Notes: generated from the sequence alone by a model not told the origin. Positions 50,637 through 62,646 are shown, counted from the stretch's first letter. The stretch is 64,000 nt of DNA from Gammaproteobacteria bacterium (GCA_013373545.1 JABXHQ010000004.1:4683-68682), one strand, 5' to 3'. Program-made: numbers and translations.

Positions 50637-51362
50637 CTAGCACTCAATCAGCGTGCCTTCTTGCTTGCCGGTGGCCACTCGTACTAGGGCGCCCGGATTG
50701 TTCATGTTAAAAACGCGAATTTTCTTTTGATGATCACGCGCTAAACAAAATGCCGTTAAGTCCATTACCGCCAGCTGGCGTTGTAATGCTTCTTGGTAGG
50801 TCAAAGACTCATACTTAACCGCATCAGAATATTTGTTTGGATCAGCCGAGTAGACACCATCAACTTTAGTGGCTTTACAGATTAAATCGGCTTCAATCTC
50901 AATACCGCGTAGACACGCAGCGGTATCCGTAGTGAAGAACGGATTTCCAGTTCCAGCACAAAAAATCACCGCTTGGCCCCGCTCCATAAAGCGCATCGCA
51001 AAGCGGCGATTGTAATCTTCACAAACACCGGTCAATGAAATCGCGGACATCACTCGCGTTTCAACCCCACTGCGCTCTAACGCATCTTGTAAGGCCAGCG
51101 AGTTCATCACTGTTGCTAACATCCCCATATGGTCGCCAGCAACGCGATTCATTCCTGCTCGAGCGAGCTTTTCGCCGCGAAACAGGTTACCACCACCGAT
51201 AACAATTCCAACTTGAATATCAGCTGCAAGAATATCTTTGATTTCTTCAGCTAAACGGTCGAGAACTTGCGGGTCAATGCCAAAAGACTCACTTCCCATG
51301 AGGGCTTCGCCACTCAACTTCAGTAAGATTCTTTTATAAGGTCGCGCATCCTGTGTTGTCAT
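50637..51362 (-). CDS. pyrH: UMP kinase
   Basis: '[11 protein letters not shown]', 'GGGNLFRG', '[13 protein letters not shown]', 'KVDGVY'. Confidence 0.97.
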   Translation of the reverse strand: MTTQDARPYKRILLKLSGEALMGSESFGIDPQVLDRLAEEIKDILAADIQVGIVIGGGNLFRGEKLARAGMNRVAGDHMGMLATVMNSLALQDALERSGVETRVMSAISLTGVCEDYNRRFAMRFMERGQAVIFCAGTGNPFFTTDTAACLRGIEIEADLICKATKVDGVYSADPNKYSDAVKYESLTYQEALQRQLAVMDLTAFCLARDHQKKIRVFNMNNPGALVRVATGKQEGTLIEC

Positions 51363-51380
51363 CGGTGGTCTCCGTGATGA

Positions 51381-52259
51381 TTAGCCGCGCATTTGCGCAG
51401 CAACTTCCGCAGCAAAATCTTCGTCTTTCTTCTCGATACCTTCACCTACTTCAAAGCGAACGTATGATACAACTTCAGCCGATTTAGCTTTCAATAATTG
51501 CTCAACTGATTGTGAAGGATCTTTCACAAATGGCTGGCCGGTTAAGCTGATTTCGGCCGCAAACTTGCGAATTCGACCGCCAATCATTTTATCAACGATT
51601 TCAGCAGGCTTACCTTCCATATCAGGCTGAGCTTTGATGATCTCTTTTTCTTTCTCGATGATTTCGGCTGGAATGCTTTCTGGATTTAGGTAATCTGGCT
51701 TGCTCGCAGCAATGTGCATCGCTAAGTCACGACCTAACTCGTCATCACCGCCTTTCACTTCAACAACCGCACCAATACGGGCACCGTGCAAGTATGAACC
51801 TAATTGACCGTCTGCAGTTTCAACAATAGAAACGCGACGTACGTTCATGTTCTCACCGATTTTTGCTACTAAGTTTTCACGAACGGTTTCAACGCTCTGA
51901 CCGTCGGCATACTCAGCTGACTTTAGGCTTTCAACATCAGCGATTTTATTCGCTAAAGCAATGTCCGCAACTTTGTTAGCAAATGCAGTGAAATTCTCAT
52001 CACGTGCAACAAAGTCAGTTTCACAGTTGATTTCAACAACAGCAGCTGTTTTGGCATCATCCGAAGTGCGAATGATAATTAAACCTTCAGCTGCAACACG
52101 GCCTGCTTTTTTAGCCGCTTTTGCTTGGCCTGATTTACGCATGTTTTCAATCGCTAACTCGATGTCACCATCCGTTTCAACCAAAGCTTTTTTACATTCC
52201 ATCATGCCAGCGCCAGTACGCTCGCGAAGTTCTTTAACTAATGCAGCAGTAATTGCCAT
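51381..52259 (-). CDS. tsf: Elongation factor Ts
   Basis: '[19 protein letters not shown]', '[10 protein letters not shown]', '[10 protein letters not shown]'. Confidence 0.97.
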   Translation of the reverse strand: MAITAALVKELRERTGAGMMECKKALVETDGDIELAIENMRKSGQAKAAKKAGRVAAEGLIIIRTSDDAKTAAVVEINCETDFVARDENFTAFANKVADIALANKIADVESLKSAEYADGQSVETVRENLVAKIGENMNVRRVSIVETADGQLGSYLHGARIGAVVEVKGGDDELGRDLAMHIAASKPDYLNPESIPAEIIEKEKEIIKAQPDMEGKPAEIVDKMIGGRIRKFAAEISLTGQPFVKDPSQSVEQLLKAKSAEVVSYVRFEVGEGIEKKDEDFAAEVAAQMRG

Positions 52260-52331
52260 GACAATTCTCCAAAAAAATCGTTTTGCTCGTTCACAACGCG
52301 CAAATATTTAAATTCAGTAATGCAAGCTTAA

Positions 52332-52354
52332 AAAAGGGGGCGCCGCCCCCTTTT
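52332..52354 (-). terminator. Terminator/attenuator between rpsB and tsf
   Basis: GGGGGC / GCCCCC stem flanked by A/T tracts; U run on the minus strand. Confidence 0.7.
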
Positions 52355-52374
52355 AAAAGCCAGAAAAGTCGCGA

Positions 52375-53133
52375 TTAAGCTTCTTCAGCTTCCGAGTTGT
52401 CCGCAGCTTCTTCTACGAACTCACCTTCACCTGCTTGCTCTGCGATTTGTGCTGATTGACGACTGTCTAGAACCGTATCGGCAACCGCGCCAACATAAAG
52501 CTGGATAGCACGGATAGCGTCGTCATTGCCCGGAACAACATAATCAACGTTGTCTGGGTTGGAGTTAGTATCAACTACCGCCACAACTGGGATACCCAAT
52601 TTACGAGCTTCTGCAATTGCAATGTGCTCATGGTCGGCATCGATTACGAACAATACGTCAGGCAAGCCGCCCATATCTTTGATACCACCGATGCTTGACT
52701 CTAACTTTTCCATTTCACGAGTCTTCAACAACGCTTCTTTCTTCGTTAAACGATCGAAAGTGCCGTCTTGGCTCTGAGTCTCAAGCTCTTTTAAGCGCTT
52801 GATAGACTGACGAATGGTTTTGTAGTTAGTCAACATACCACCTAACCAACGCTTGTCGACGAAGAATTGACCACAACGCTTCGCTTCTTCGCTCACGATA
52901 TCACTCGCAGCACGCTTGGTGCCGACGAACAATACTTTTCCTTTACGTGAAGCAACGCTTGAAATGAAGTTCAAAGCGTCATTAAACATTGGAACAGTGT
53001 GCTCAAGGTTGATGATATGAATGTCGTTACGGGCGCCGAAGATGAATTGTTTCATCTTAGGGTTCCAGAAACGCGTACGGTGACCGAAATGAACGCCCGC
53101 TTGGAGCATGTCACGCATAGATACTTTAGCCAT
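52375..53133 (-). CDS. rpsB: 30S ribosomal protein S2
   Basis: 'AGVHFGH.TR.WNPKM', 'RWLGGMLTN', '[10 protein letters not shown]', 'NDDAIRAI'. Confidence 0.98.
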   Translation of the reverse strand: MAKVSMRDMLQAGVHFGHRTRFWNPKMKQFIFGARNDIHIINLEHTVPMFNDALNFISSVASRKGKVLFVGTKRAASDIVSEEAKRCGQFFVDKRWLGGMLTNYKTIRQSIKRLKELETQSQDGTFDRLTKKEALLKTREMEKLESSIGGIKDMGGLPDVLFVIDADHEHIAIAEARKLGIPVVAVVDTNSNPDNVDYVVPGNDDAIRAIQLYVGAVADTVLDSRQSAQIAEQAGEGEFVEEAADNSEAEEA

Positions 53134-53153
53134 TAAATTTCTCCAAAAATCAA

Positions 53154-53241
53154 GGGTTTAACCTCCGCTAATCCCATAAGTCAACCGGCGAGACCTCGCG
53201 GTTTACCAGCACCCTAACTTATGTGTCGATTAACGTGTGTT
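53154..53241 (-). ncRNA. rpsB 5' leader (t44 / S2 autoregulatory element)
   Basis: Minus strand ACACACG..ATCGACACAT..GGGTGC...TATGGGA...GGAGG..TAAACCC matches the remembered layout of the enterobacterial t44 leader upstream of rpsB. Confidence 0.8.
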
Positions 53242-53544
53242 TTAAGTTATCCGAATGGATTCTCCATCCGGGCGCGCTTTATACCATATCTAGCGCGTTG
53301 GAACAATCAAAACTATCCTTCTGTCAATGGCGCTACACCGTCAAAAAGAATGAGCATAGCGCGTCGCGCTGCCAAGGATGTAGAGCCACTAGACTACGCG
53401 GTGAATGTCGTCATCCAACACATCCACGCACGAAAAAGGTGCAACTCCCCTTTTCACAGCTTTTTTCTCACAAACGTGAAGTTATGTTGAAAAAGCATTA
53501 AAATCGCAGCAACTTTGTTAATCAGCATGAGAAACCTAAGTTCA

Positions 53545-54312
53545 ATGGCTATTAAAATCAAAACACCACAAGAAATTGAAAAAATGCGTGTCGCCGGCCG
53601 ACTCGCTGCTGAAGTGCTGGAAATGATTGGCCCCTTTGTTAAAAAAGGAACCACGACTAACGAGCTCAACCAGATCTGCCACGATTATATCGTGAATCAG
53701 CAACAAGCGATCCCCGCGCCATTAAACTATAAAGGATTCCCAAAATCGATTTGTACCTCGGTCAACCATGTTGTCTGTCACGGCATTCCAGCCGATAAAA
53801 AGTTAAAAGATGGTGACATAATTAATATTGACGTTACTGTCATCAAAGATGGTTACCACGGAGATACCAGTAAAATGTTTACCGTTGGCAAACCCAAAAT
53901 TATGGCACAACGGTTAATTAAAGTTACTCAAGAATGTCTCTATTTAGGTATCGCGATGGTCAAGCCAGGCGTGCGTTTAGGTGATATTGGTCACGCTATT
54001 GAGCAACATGCGCACAAGGCCAATTATTCGGTGGTTCGAGAGTTTTGTGGGCACGGCATTGGCGCTGAATTCCACGAAGATCCGCAAGTATTACACTATG
54101 GTAAACCCAACACAGGGGTCGAGCTAAAAGCAGGTATGTGCCTAACCATCGAGCCGATGATCAACGTGGGCAAGCCGGAAATATCCATTTTACCAGACGA
54201 GTGGACCGTAGTGACGCGTGACCGCAGTTTGTCGGCCCAATGGGAACATACGCTACTGGTTACCGAAGATGGCGTTGAAGTGCTGACTAAACGTCAAGAA
54301 GAAAACTTTTAA
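53545..54312 (+). CDS. map: Methionine aminopeptidase type I
   Basis: 'IKTPQEIEKMR', 'VVCHGIP', 'IDVT', 'HGDTS', 'CGHGIG', 'TIEPM', 'AQWEHT'. Confidence 0.97.
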   Translation: MAIKIKTPQEIEKMRVAGRLAAEVLEMIGPFVKKGTTTNELNQICHDYIVNQQQAIPAPLNYKGFPKSICTSVNHVVCHGIPADKKLKDGDIINIDVTVIKDGYHGDTSKMFTVGKPKIMAQRLIKVTQECLYLGIAMVKPGVRLGDIGHAIEQHAHKANYSVVREFCGHGIGAEFHEDPQVLHYGKPNTGVELKAGMCLTIEPMINVGKPEISILPDEWTVVTRDRSLSAQWEHTLLVTEDGVEVLTKRQEENF

Positions 54313-56972
54313 TGGTTTCTCGTGTTATTCAATCATTGCCACTGCCGCCTTGTCCGACGCTACCCCAGTATGAATCAGAGCAGTGGCCGCAGGCACTCAG
54401 CCAATGCAAAACTTATATAAAAACGGCCGCGGATGTCATCGCGCAGGCGTTTGATCAGAAAGTATCGGTGCGGCATTTAGTCACCGCCCGGAGCTATGTG
54501 ATTGACCAAATCCTTGAGCAAATTTGGCACAGCTTTGCAATGCCCACCGCCACTGCGGCGTTAGTGGCGGTCGGTGGCTATGGGCGCAATGAATTGCATC
54601 CAATGTCCGATATCGACCTATTGTTTATTGTCGCTCCCAAATCACTGCAAAGTATCGAGGCAAAGCTACAACCACTGATTACTTTTTTATGGGACATTGG
54701 CCTAGATATTGGCCATAGTGTGCGCACCGTAAAAGAATGCGAACAACAAGCAAAAGCCGATATTACCATTGCGACCAACTTAATTGAGTCGCGTTTGATC
54801 TGTGGCGAAAAATCTTTATTTAGCGCGATGCGATTGGCAACCGGCCCCAATAATATCTGGCCCGCGCGAGCCTTTTACGAAGCGAAAGTGGCTGAGCAGA
54901 AAGCACGCTATCGCAAATACAAAGGCACCTCGTTTGAATTAGAACCGAACCTCAAAGGTAACCCAGGTGGTCTACGCGACATTCAATTAGTCGGCTGGAT
55001 TGCTAAGCGCTATTTTAGTTCCGAGTCTCTGCATGACTTAGCCAATCGCGGCGTTTTTACCTTACGTGAATACCGCACGTTAATGACCTCACAGTTGTTT
55101 CTCTGGCGCGTACGATTTGCATTACACACCATCACTAAGCGTGGTGAAGATCGTTTGTTATTTCAACATCAAAAGAAAGTCGCCGAATTTTTAGGTTTTA
55201 GTGATAATGATAACGCATTAGCCGTGGAACAGCTGATGCAAAAGTACTTCCGAGCAGCCAGTAAAATTCGTAATGTCACCGAGTTATTGCTACAGGTTTT
55301 TGAAGAAGTTATTTTAGATAATGGCAATAAAATAAAAATTGAACCCATCGATGAATTATATCAACTCGAAAATGACCGCATCGCGTTAAAGCAACCGGAA
55401 CTTATTACCACCCAACCCGAACTGCTGTTGAAAACATTTATTGTTGCTGCGGAAGTACCAGGCAACAAACATGTCAGCGCCACCACTTTACGCGCCATTC
55501 GTGATAACCGTCATTTAATCGATCAACAATATCGCGAAAATGAACAGTATAAACAGCTCTTTTTGCGTTTCTTTAGCATTAAGCACCAAGGTGATCGGCC
55601 TTTTTTCTTACTTAAACGCAACGGAATTCTCGCAAGCTTTGTTCCGTTGTTTGAAAAGATATCCGGACAGATGCAATTTGATATGTTCCATGCATATTCG
55701 GTTGATGAACATACCTTATTTCTGCTGAAGAACTTAACTCGATTTGCTAACCCAGAGTTTGCCGAAGAGTTCCCCTATTGCAGTCAAATTATGCAGTCGC
55801 TTGAACAGCCGGAATTAATTTTTCTCGCTGGGTTATTTCACGATATTGCCAAAGGTCGTGGTGGCGATCATTCTGAATTAGGTGCGGAAGACGCATTACA
55901 GTATTGCCGCTATCTGAATATGCCGGAGCAAGATTGTGAAACCGTCGCCTGGTTAGTTCGCTGCCATTTAATCATGTCGGTTACCGCACAGCGTAAAGAT
56001 ATATCTGATCCGGAAGTTATCGCACTATTTGCCAACCAGGTACAGACCCAAGCGCGCTTAGATCTCTTGTATATTTTAACTGTTGCAGACATTCGAGCCA
56101 CCAGCCCTAAACTGTGGAATTCGTGGAAAGATGCTTTATTGCGTGAACTTTACTTAACCACTTCTCGATTTTTGTCTCAAGACAGCCCTGAGCCGGTATC
56201 ACAATCAAAGCATATTGATGATATTAAAACCCAAGCTTTAGAGCAGCTGCTTGCGAATAAAGTCGCTGAAAGCGCAATACATTCGTTATGGCAAACGCTT
56301 GAAGACAACTATTTTAAGACCACGCCCGTGGATCGCATTGTTTGGCAAACCACCTGTGTCATTAAACACGCACACGGCAAAGGACCGCTGGTTGAAATAA
56401 AGCGGCATCACAATGAAGCGGGCACCGAAGTCTTTATTTACACGCCAGATCAACCCGGACTATTTGCAGCCATCACGGCTATTCTTAGTCAAAAGAATTT
56501 ACGTACTCAAGCCGCTGAATTGTTTACTAACAATGAAGGGAAATGTTTCGATTGTTTTGTAGTATTAGAAGAAAGTGGTAAGCCGATACAGTCCGCAACT
56601 CGAGTGCAAAGCATTCGCAAACTATTGCAAAAGAAATTAAAAAACATTGATGGTATGTCGAAAAAAGTTGAACGCCATGTTTCAACTCGAATTAAGCAAT
56701 TTAATGTTCCTACCGAAATTAAATATGCGCGCAACCGACGCTTGCGATATACCCAAATGGAATTGACAGCGCTCGACCAACCGGGTTTACTAGCGGCCAT
56801 TGGCGAAGCTATACGCCGCTGCGATATGTCGATTCACTCAGCGAGAATTGTCACACTTGGCGAACGAGTCGAAGATGTTTTTGAAATATCGACGATCAAT
56901 CGAGAGCCCCTCGACAAAGAACAAAAACAGCGATTACGTGAAGAATTGGCCAAGCAAATAGAGCAGATCTAA
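54312..56972 (+). CDS. glnD: [Protein-PII] uridylyltransferase
   Basis: '[18 protein letters not shown]', 'EPNLK..PGGLRDI', HD domain '[18 protein letters not shown]', two ACT domains. Confidence 0.96.
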   Translation: MVSRVIQSLPLPPCPTLPQYESEQWPQALSQCKTYIKTAADVIAQAFDQKVSVRHLVTARSYVIDQILEQIWHSFAMPTATAALVAVGGYGRNELHPMSDIDLLFIVAPKSLQSIEAKLQPLITFLWDIGLDIGHSVRTVKECEQQAKADITIATNLIESRLICGEKSLFSAMRLATGPNNIWPARAFYEAKVAEQKARYRKYKGTSFELEPNLKGNPGGLRDIQLVGWIAKRYFSSESLHDLANRGVFTLREYRTLMTSQLFLWRVRFALHTITKRGEDRLLFQHQKKVAEFLGFSDNDNALAVEQLMQKYFRAASKIRNVTELLLQVFEEVILDNGNKIKIEPIDELYQLENDRIALKQPELITTQPELLLKTFIVAAEVPGNKHVSATTLRAIRDNRHLIDQQYRENEQYKQLFLRFFSIKHQGDRPFFLLKRNGILASFVPLFEKISGQMQFDMFHAYSVDEHTLFLLKNLTRFANPEFAEEFPYCSQIMQSLEQPELIFLAGLFHDIAKGRGGDHSELGAEDALQYCRYLNMPEQDCETVAWLVRCHLIMSVTAQRKDISDPEVIALFANQVQTQARLDLLYILTVADIRATSPKLWNSWKDALLRELYLTTSRFLSQDSPEPVSQSKHIDDIKTQALEQLLANKVAESAIHSLWQTLEDNYFKTTPVDRIVWQTTCVIKHAHGKGPLVEIKRHHNEAGTEVFIYTPDQPGLFAAITAILSQKNLRTQAAELFTNNEGKCFDCFVVLEESGKPIQSATRVQSIRKLLQKKLKNIDGMSKKVERHVSTRIKQFNVPTEIKYARNRRLRYTQMELTALDQPGLLAAIGEAIRRCDMSIHSARIVTLGERVEDVFEISTINREPLDKEQKQRLREELAKQIEQI

Positions 56973-57006
56973 ACACTTTACATTAACTTTGAAGAATAGG
57001 TTTCTT

Positions 57007-57831
57007 ATGTCTCAACTAGAACAGCTTATCGTCGATGCTTTCGACAACCGTGAGAAATTTTCCCCAAGCAATGCGCCGAGTGACGTTCGCAATGCGGTTA
57101 ACGAAGCTTTAGCACTGATTGACAACGGCAGCGCACGAGTCGCCGAAAAACAAAGCAGTGGATGGGTGGTCAATGAGTGGCTAAAGAAGGCTGTGTTACT
57201 TTCTTTTCGTTTGAACGACAATGAACCCATGTCGGCTGGCTTTACTCAGTTCTATGATAAAGTTCCGAGTAAGTTCAACAATATGACCGCTGAACAGTTG
57301 CAACAAACCGGTGTCCGCGTCGTGCCTCCTGCAGTCGCACGCCGTGGTAGTTACATAGCACCGAATGTGGTTTTGATGCCTTCTTATGTCAACATTGGAG
57401 CTTATGTTGACGAAGGCACCATGGTCGATACTTGGGCAACCGTTGGTAGCTGTGCTCAAATTGGCAAAAATGTCCACCTTTCAGGCGGAGTGGGTATTGG
57501 TGGTGTACTGGAACCACTGCAAGCAGCGCCTACCATCATTGAAGATAACTGCTTTATCGGCGCGCGTTCAGAAATTGTGGAAGGCGTAATCGTTGAAGAA
57601 GGCGCAGTAATCTCAATGGGTGTGTTTATTGGGCAAAGCACACGAATTTTTAATCGCGAAACGGGCGAAATTACCTATGGCCGAGTGCCAGCTGGCGCGG
57701 TGGTTGTTCCAGGAAGTTTACCTTCAGAAGATGGTCGCTACAGCTTGAACTGCGCCATTATCGTTAAGCAAGTTGATGCCAAAACGCGCGCTAAAACCGG
57801 TATTAATGAGTTATTGCGATTGGCAGAATAA
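57007..57831 (+). CDS. dapD: Tetrahydrodipicolinate N-succinyltransferase
   Basis: '[16 protein letters not shown]', 'YDKVPSKF', '[25 protein letters not shown]'. Confidence 0.97.
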   Translation: MSQLEQLIVDAFDNREKFSPSNAPSDVRNAVNEALALIDNGSARVAEKQSSGWVVNEWLKKAVLLSFRLNDNEPMSAGFTQFYDKVPSKFNNMTAEQLQQTGVRVVPPAVARRGSYIAPNVVLMPSYVNIGAYVDEGTMVDTWATVGSCAQIGKNVHLSGGVGIGGVLEPLQAAPTIIEDNCFIGARSEIVEGVIVEEGAVISMGVFIGQSTRIFNRETGEITYGRVPAGAVVVPGSLPSEDGRYSLNCAIIVKQVDAKTRAKTGINELLRLAE

Positions 57832-57848
57832 CCAACCTTGTAAAATGA

Positions 57849-57873
57849 TTAACGCCGCTTAAGGCGGCGTTAA
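57849..57873. terminator. Bidirectional terminator downstream of dapD
   Basis: TTAACGCCGC / GCGGCGTTAA 10-bp inverted repeat between convergent genes. Confidence 0.75.
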
Positions 57874-57901
57874 CTTTGTATTGTTTATGCAGTCTTTTAA
57901 A

Positions 57902-59125
57902 CTAAAAGCAGATCCATACCGAGGTTGGCCGCTTACATTTTGCAAAGCTAAAACTGGTCGTCACCGTATATTCTTTTAACGGCAGAACTTCAGGTGCTTT
58001 TGGCAAAGTGGTTAAGCGTTGGAGCTCTTCGGTCACGGCAGCCAGTACCGCCTCATCGAACTCATCCCCACGATAGTTAACCGTAACCACTTGCCCATCA
58101 GCATTAACCGTTACTTCTGCAACTAAATCTTCTTTACTGATTTTACGCACGGTACGCGGCGGTCGTGGCGCGGCTTTATTCTCGATGCTACTTTTTAGCT
58201 CAGCTAGATAATCATCACGCAGATCCACCAGCAACGGTGATAACGCGTTAGCTTGTGACTTAGTGTTCGGCGTTTTTTCAATTGAGGCGACTTGCTGTGG
58301 CGGTGTCGACCGTGGCTTAGCTTTTGGTTTAGGCGTTGGCTTGGTTTCCACTACCGCGGGTTTAACCTCTGGTTGCTTGCGTGTTTCCAATGGCGTGGTG
58401 GTTGGCTTTTGCTGTGGTTTTGCTTGCGCAACCGTAGGCTTCGTTGTTGCGGATCGCGGCGGATTAACCACCGGACTTTGTTTCTGTGCAACCGCCGTCA
58501 CGGGCTCAGACACAGGCACACCACCGAGACGACTGGCCAATTGCTCGGCCCAACCTTGGCGCGCTTCCGACGCAATCAATACATTGTATTCTGATAATAA
58601 ATTATCTTGTATTGAACCCGTTAAATCACGGTAAAACGATTGTCCACTTAAGCGTTCACCAATCCAAGCATTAAGAATTAAGTTAAATAGGCCTTGATGT
58701 TCAATGTTGGTTTGCTCAACACCATTAATAATCAAACGAACCGAGTCTCCACTGGCAACAAACTTTAAGTTGTCAGCTCGTTGATACTCTTGGCGCACAA
58801 ACATCAAAATGGTTTGCATGTCTTCTTGATAAGCTTCCGTTGCACCAGGATTGTTCACCAAGACGCGCTCTAAAAAAACTCGCGCAAAAGTTCGCGGTGA
58901 CACTCGTTCCGCAACAAAGCGAAACTCCATGGTTCGGGTACCCTTTCCTTGTAACCATTTTTCAGGGCTATTTTGCCCAGATTCCGCATACACCCCAGCG
59001 ATGTACAAAGGTTCATTAAGGTGAGTATAAGTCGCGAGACCTTGCAGTTCAGTTGCCATGGCAAAGCTGCTGGAGAGCGCGATTACTAACCACAAACTAC
59101 GGGATAGTAAAAAACGACTAAACAA
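57902..59125 (-). CDS. Exported protein: chalcone-isomerase-like N-domain, Pro/Lys/Thr-rich linker, TonB-C-like domain
   Basis: Signal peptide; 'LYIAGVY', 'MEFRFVA', 'LFNLILNAWIG' resemble Chalcone_3; 'KPTPKPKAKP' linker; 'VAEVTVNADGQVVTV' TonB-C-like. Confidence 0.6.
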   Translation of the reverse strand: MFSRFLLSRSLWLVIALSSSFAMATELQGLATYTHLNEPLYIAGVYAESGQNSPEKWLQGKGTRTMEFRFVAERVSPRTFARVFLERVLVNNPGATEAYQEDMQTILMFVRQEYQRADNLKFVASGDSVRLIINGVEQTNIEHQGLFNLILNAWIGERLSGQSFYRDLTGSIQDNLLSEYNVLIASEARQGWAEQLASRLGGVPVSEPVTAVAQKQSPVVNPPRSATTKPTVAQAKPQQKPTTTPLETRKQPEVKPAVVETKPTPKPKAKPRSTPPQQVASIEKTPNTKSQANALSPLLVDLRDDYLAELKSSIENKAAPRPPRTVRKISKEDLVAEVTVNADGQVVTVNYRGDEFDEAVLAAVTEELQRLTTLPKAPEVLPLKEYTVTTSFSFAKCKRPTSVWICF

Positions 59126-59411
59126 TGAATGACTCCAATAAAAACAGTAAGTTAGAAGAGCAGACCGGATTTTCTTTCCGATAACAATATCGCCTATTGC
59201 GAACGCGCAAAATTATACACCAAAATGTACATTATTTGCACAATTTTGATGAAAAAAGTTATTTCATTGCACTTTTTTGGAGCAACCAGCAGTTCCACTC
59301 ACCGCGCTTCCCTAACCCGCCGCTCTTTTCTTTTACCGAACAGTAACTTAGGTTATAGTCATCCATCAAACCAACGTACTGCTATATCGGCGAATCAATC
59401 GGCTCAAGATC

Positions 59412-60440
59412 ATGAAAAGCAAAGCCACTTCTTTTGACATTGCACATCTTGCGGGAGTCTCTCAATCGACCGTATCGCGAGCGTTACGCAACAGCCCCTT
59501 AGTCAATCCAGAAACCCGTGAGCGTATCAAAGCCATTGCTAAGCAGCTCAATTATAAAGTGGATAAAAACGCCAGCAATTTACGTTCACAGCAGTCGCAC
59601 ACCATTGCGCTGTTACTGTTTGAAGATCCCACCAGTGACGAATCACAGATCAATCCGTTTTTTCTCTCAATGCTCGGTAGCATTACGCGCACCTGCGGCG
59701 ACAATGGTTATGACTTGCTCGTGTCTTTTCAGCGCCTCGAAGAAGACTGGCATGCGGAGTACGAAGATACCCACAAAGCCGATGGCATCATCTTGCTCGG
59801 CTATGGTGATTACAACGACTATCAAGAAAAGCTACAACAGCTCGAGCAAAATCAAACCCGCTACGTTTTATGGGGCGCACTGCAACAAGACCAACCGGGT
59901 GTTTCAATCGCCTGCGATAACTTTACCGGTGGATATGACATTACCCAACACTTGATCCGACTCGGTCGGCAAAAGATTGCGTTTATTGGTGGTGCTTCTG
60001 AAGGGAGTCCGGAGTTTTTCGATCGTTATAAAGGTAGCTGCCAAGCTCAACAGGATGCCCAGTTGCCAGTGCGTCGTTCTTTGCAAGTCGACGCGATTAC
60101 GACCGAGCAGTCGGGATACGCAGCTGCATTACAGTTATTAGCCAAGCAGCAACCATTTGATGCGATTGTTTGCGCCAGCGATCTTATTGCGGTTGGCGTG
60201 ATCAAAGCCTTACGTGATAAAGGTTTTAAAGTACCGCAAGATGTTGCGGTGGTCGGCTACGATAATATTCCACTTTCAGAATTTACGCGGCCCGCGCTAA
60301 CAACAGTACAGCAAGACACCAAACTAGCAGGAAAAATGTTAGTGGAAACGTTACTCGCATTAATTGCCGGTAAACCCGCTAGCAGTCGTTCACTTCCAGC
60401 GAAATTAATTGTCCGTGAGTCTTGCGGCCAAGCGCTTTAG
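59412..60440 (+). CDS. LacI family transcriptional regulator (MalR-like)
   Basis: HTH 'TSFDIAHLAGVSQSTVSRAL', 'AVVGYDNI', 'PALTTVQQD', 'LIVRESC'. Confidence 0.93.
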   Translation: MKSKATSFDIAHLAGVSQSTVSRALRNSPLVNPETRERIKAIAKQLNYKVDKNASNLRSQQSHTIALLLFEDPTSDESQINPFFLSMLGSITRTCGDNGYDLLVSFQRLEEDWHAEYEDTHKADGIILLGYGDYNDYQEKLQQLEQNQTRYVLWGALQQDQPGVSIACDNFTGGYDITQHLIRLGRQKIAFIGGASEGSPEFFDRYKGSCQAQQDAQLPVRRSLQVDAITTEQSGYAAALQLLAKQQPFDAIVCASDLIAVGVIKALRDKGFKVPQDVAVVGYDNIPLSEFTRPALTTVQQDTKLAGKMLVETLLALIAGKPASSRSLPAKLIVRESCGQAL

Positions 60441-60647
60441 CGAAACATTCAGTTCATCACATTTTTCGTTGATCGGAAAAACCCACTCAAGCAGGCGCGA
60501 CTGCTGCAATGCAAAACTCGTCGCGCTGTATCGATGAACTCAACTCATTTTCACTACCGCATTAGATAAAATGAAGTTTATTGATTGCGACTTGATGATT
60601 GAAATGTGTGGCGGAAAACTAAAAAATCACCGAGAAGAAAAAGAGCT

Positions 60648-60687
60648 AGAGAAAGCACACCGAGCTCGTTAATGGAATGCTTTCTCT
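60648..60687 (-). terminator. Probable terminator of the amylase gene
   Basis: AGAGAAAGCA / TGCTTTCTCT 10-bp stem followed by U-rich sequence on the minus strand. Confidence 0.5.
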
Positions 60688-60702
60688 CACTCCGACATTG
60701 AG

Positions 60703-62646
60703 TTATTCACTCAATTGAAAAATATACGACTGTAGTGGTTGTAAATCAACCTGTATTCGACCAATTTGATTATTTAGTCGCAACTTTTTATTTTTTTCAC
60801 CTGATAATAAGTCAATTAATCGATATTCATCACCCTGCAGTTGCCAATGTTGCAATATTTTTTCCGGGATTTGAAGGGTAAAAGAAAACGACTGCTCGGA
60901 ATCGAAATTACTAACGACAATAACTTTGTTGTCTGCATCAAAACGCGTAAATGCCAATACTCGCTCTGAATACCCGGGCGATTGCGTTAAATTAAACTCA
61001 TGTAAAGAGGCATAGTCACCACGAAACACCGCGTGATTAACCGTTAGATTGAGTAACTCTTGGTAAAAACTTCGCAGTTGCTTTTCCTTTGTAGTCAGTA
61101 ATGCCCCATCAAACGTGCCATTGCTGCGGAACCGCTGTAATGATGGAACCGCCCAATAATCAAAAATAGTTGTACGACTCGGATCACCAAACCCCGGATC
61201 ATCACTGGCCGGCTCTCCCAGTTCCTGCGCAAAATAAATTAACGTCGGTGACTCGCTAATGGTGGCAGATACGACCATCGCAGGTTTCGCAATCGTAGCA
61301 TCGCCGGCAAATTCAGGACTGGCAATACGCTGTTCATCATGGTTCTCTAAAAAATGCAGTAAATGACCGCGAATATCTTGATAACGTTTCTGGATCGTAA
61401 TTAAATCCGATGCCGCCGCGCGGTTTTGCATAACCGCTTTCATCGTGTCGTAGAAATCAACCTTGTCGTATAAGTAGTCCATTTTGCCCAAGTGAATGAA
61501 ATCGCGATATAGCGAAGGTTGATAGATTTCGGCTAATAACAGTGCCTCGGGATTAATTTGCTTAATATGACTATTGAGGTAGCTCCAAAATTCAACTGGC
61601 ACTAACTCAGCAACATCAAATCGAAACCCGTCAACCCCTTTGCTTAACCAAAACTCCGTGATCTGACGAAATTTGAGCCAAGCAGCCGGTACCTTTTGCT
61701 GCTGCCAAAATTGGTAGTGCTGCAGGGTATCAAGTGTGGCGTACTTAGGTGGTAACGTTACGAAATCTTTAGTACCGTCGGGCCTGATCCCATAATTTAT
61801 TTTAACTGTTTCATACCAATCATTTTGATCCGGCTGGGCCAAACGACTGCCATTCCCAGTCCACTTTGCCGGATACTCAGCAAATTTTCCGTCCGCCAAT
61901 GGATGTGCATGCCCACCTAGTGGCTGATACTTTGCGTCTTTATTGGGAACTTGAAATGCTTGCTGCGGGATATAGTAAAAATCATTATCGCGATGATATG
62001 CCACTGCCGTATTATCATCAGCACCAAAATCACGATGTCCTACTGGCTTCGATGTTGAGTGATAGTTGCGAGCCACATGGTTGGGCACAATATCAATCAT
62101 CACTTTTAGGCCGGCGGCATGCGTTCGCTCAATCAATGCGACAAACTCTTCCATCCGTTGCGACGGATCAGTGGCCAAATCTGGATTCACATTATAATAA
62201 TCCTTAATCGCGTAAGGAGAGCCAGCGCGTCCTTTCACCACATCGGGGTCGTCTGCAGTGAGATTAATTTCTGGGTAATCATTGATGACAGCATGATGCA
62301 ACACCCCAGTGTACCAAATATGGGTAACCCCCAATTCACGAATCGCCAATAAATCTGCGCGGGTAAAATCATTGAATTTCCCCACGCCGTTTTGTTCAAT
62401 GGTTCCCCAAGCTTGTGTTGGCGCTTGCTGATTACCATACAGCCGAGTAAAAACTTGGTAGATAACCGGCTTTCCCATGCGCGCAGCGTTATCACGAGCC
62501 GTGGTTAGAGAGGTTAATTCGGTTAACCGCGTTGCGGATACTTTGGAGCGATTACTTTGCTCCGATTCAGATGACTGGCAACCACTCAGGAGAAACCCAA
62601 GCAACAAGGTTAAAGCACACGCGTTGGGGTTGATAATTCGTTTCAT
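60703..62646 (-). CDS. GH13 alpha-amylase family lipoprotein
   Basis: Lipobox 'LLSGC'; 'IDIVPNHVAR', nucleophile 'GFRFDVAE', acid/base 'LAEIY', 'ENHDE'. Start set at ATG 62646. Confidence 0.92.
   Translation of the reverse strand: MKRIINPNACALTLLLGFLLSGCQSSESEQSNRSKVSATRLTELTSLTTARDNAARMGKPVIYQVFTRLYGNQQAPTQAWGTIEQNGVGKFNDFTRADLLAIRELGVTHIWYTGVLHHAVINDYPEINLTADDPDVVKGRAGSPYAIKDYYNVNPDLATDPSQRMEEFVALIERTHAAGLKVMIDIVPNHVARNYHSTSKPVGHRDFGADDNTAVAYHRDNDFYYIPQQAFQVPNKDAKYQPLGGHAHPLADGKFAEYPAKWTGNGSRLAQPDQNDWYETVKINYGIRPDGTKDFVTLPPKYATLDTLQHYQFWQQQKVPAAWLKFRQITEFWLSKGVDGFRFDVAELVPVEFWSYLNSHIKQINPEALLLAEIYQPSLYRDFIHLGKMDYLYDKVDFYDTMKAVMQNRAAASDLITIQKRYQDIRGHLLHFLENHDEQRIASPEFAGDATIAKPAMVVSATISESPTLIYFAQELGEPASDDPGFGDPSRTTIFDYWAVPSLQRFRSNGTFDGALLTTKEKQLRSFYQELLNLTVNHAVFRGDYASLHEFNLTQSPGYSERVLAFTRFDADNKVIVVSNFDSEQSFSFTLQIPEKILQHWQLQGDEYRLIDLLSGEKNKKLRLNNQIGRIQVDLQPLQSYIFQLSE

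Noticed and set aside
58263-58500. Repetitive-looking DNA
   Set aside because: Explained by the Pro/Lys/Thr-rich linker coding sequence; not a tandem repeat or CRISPR array.
59197-59210. TTGCG-AACG-CGCAA palindrome as a LacI operator
   Set aside because: The right half does not fit the LacI-type TGnAAnCGnTTnCA symmetry, and it lies nearer the divergent TonB-like gene. Support is insufficient.
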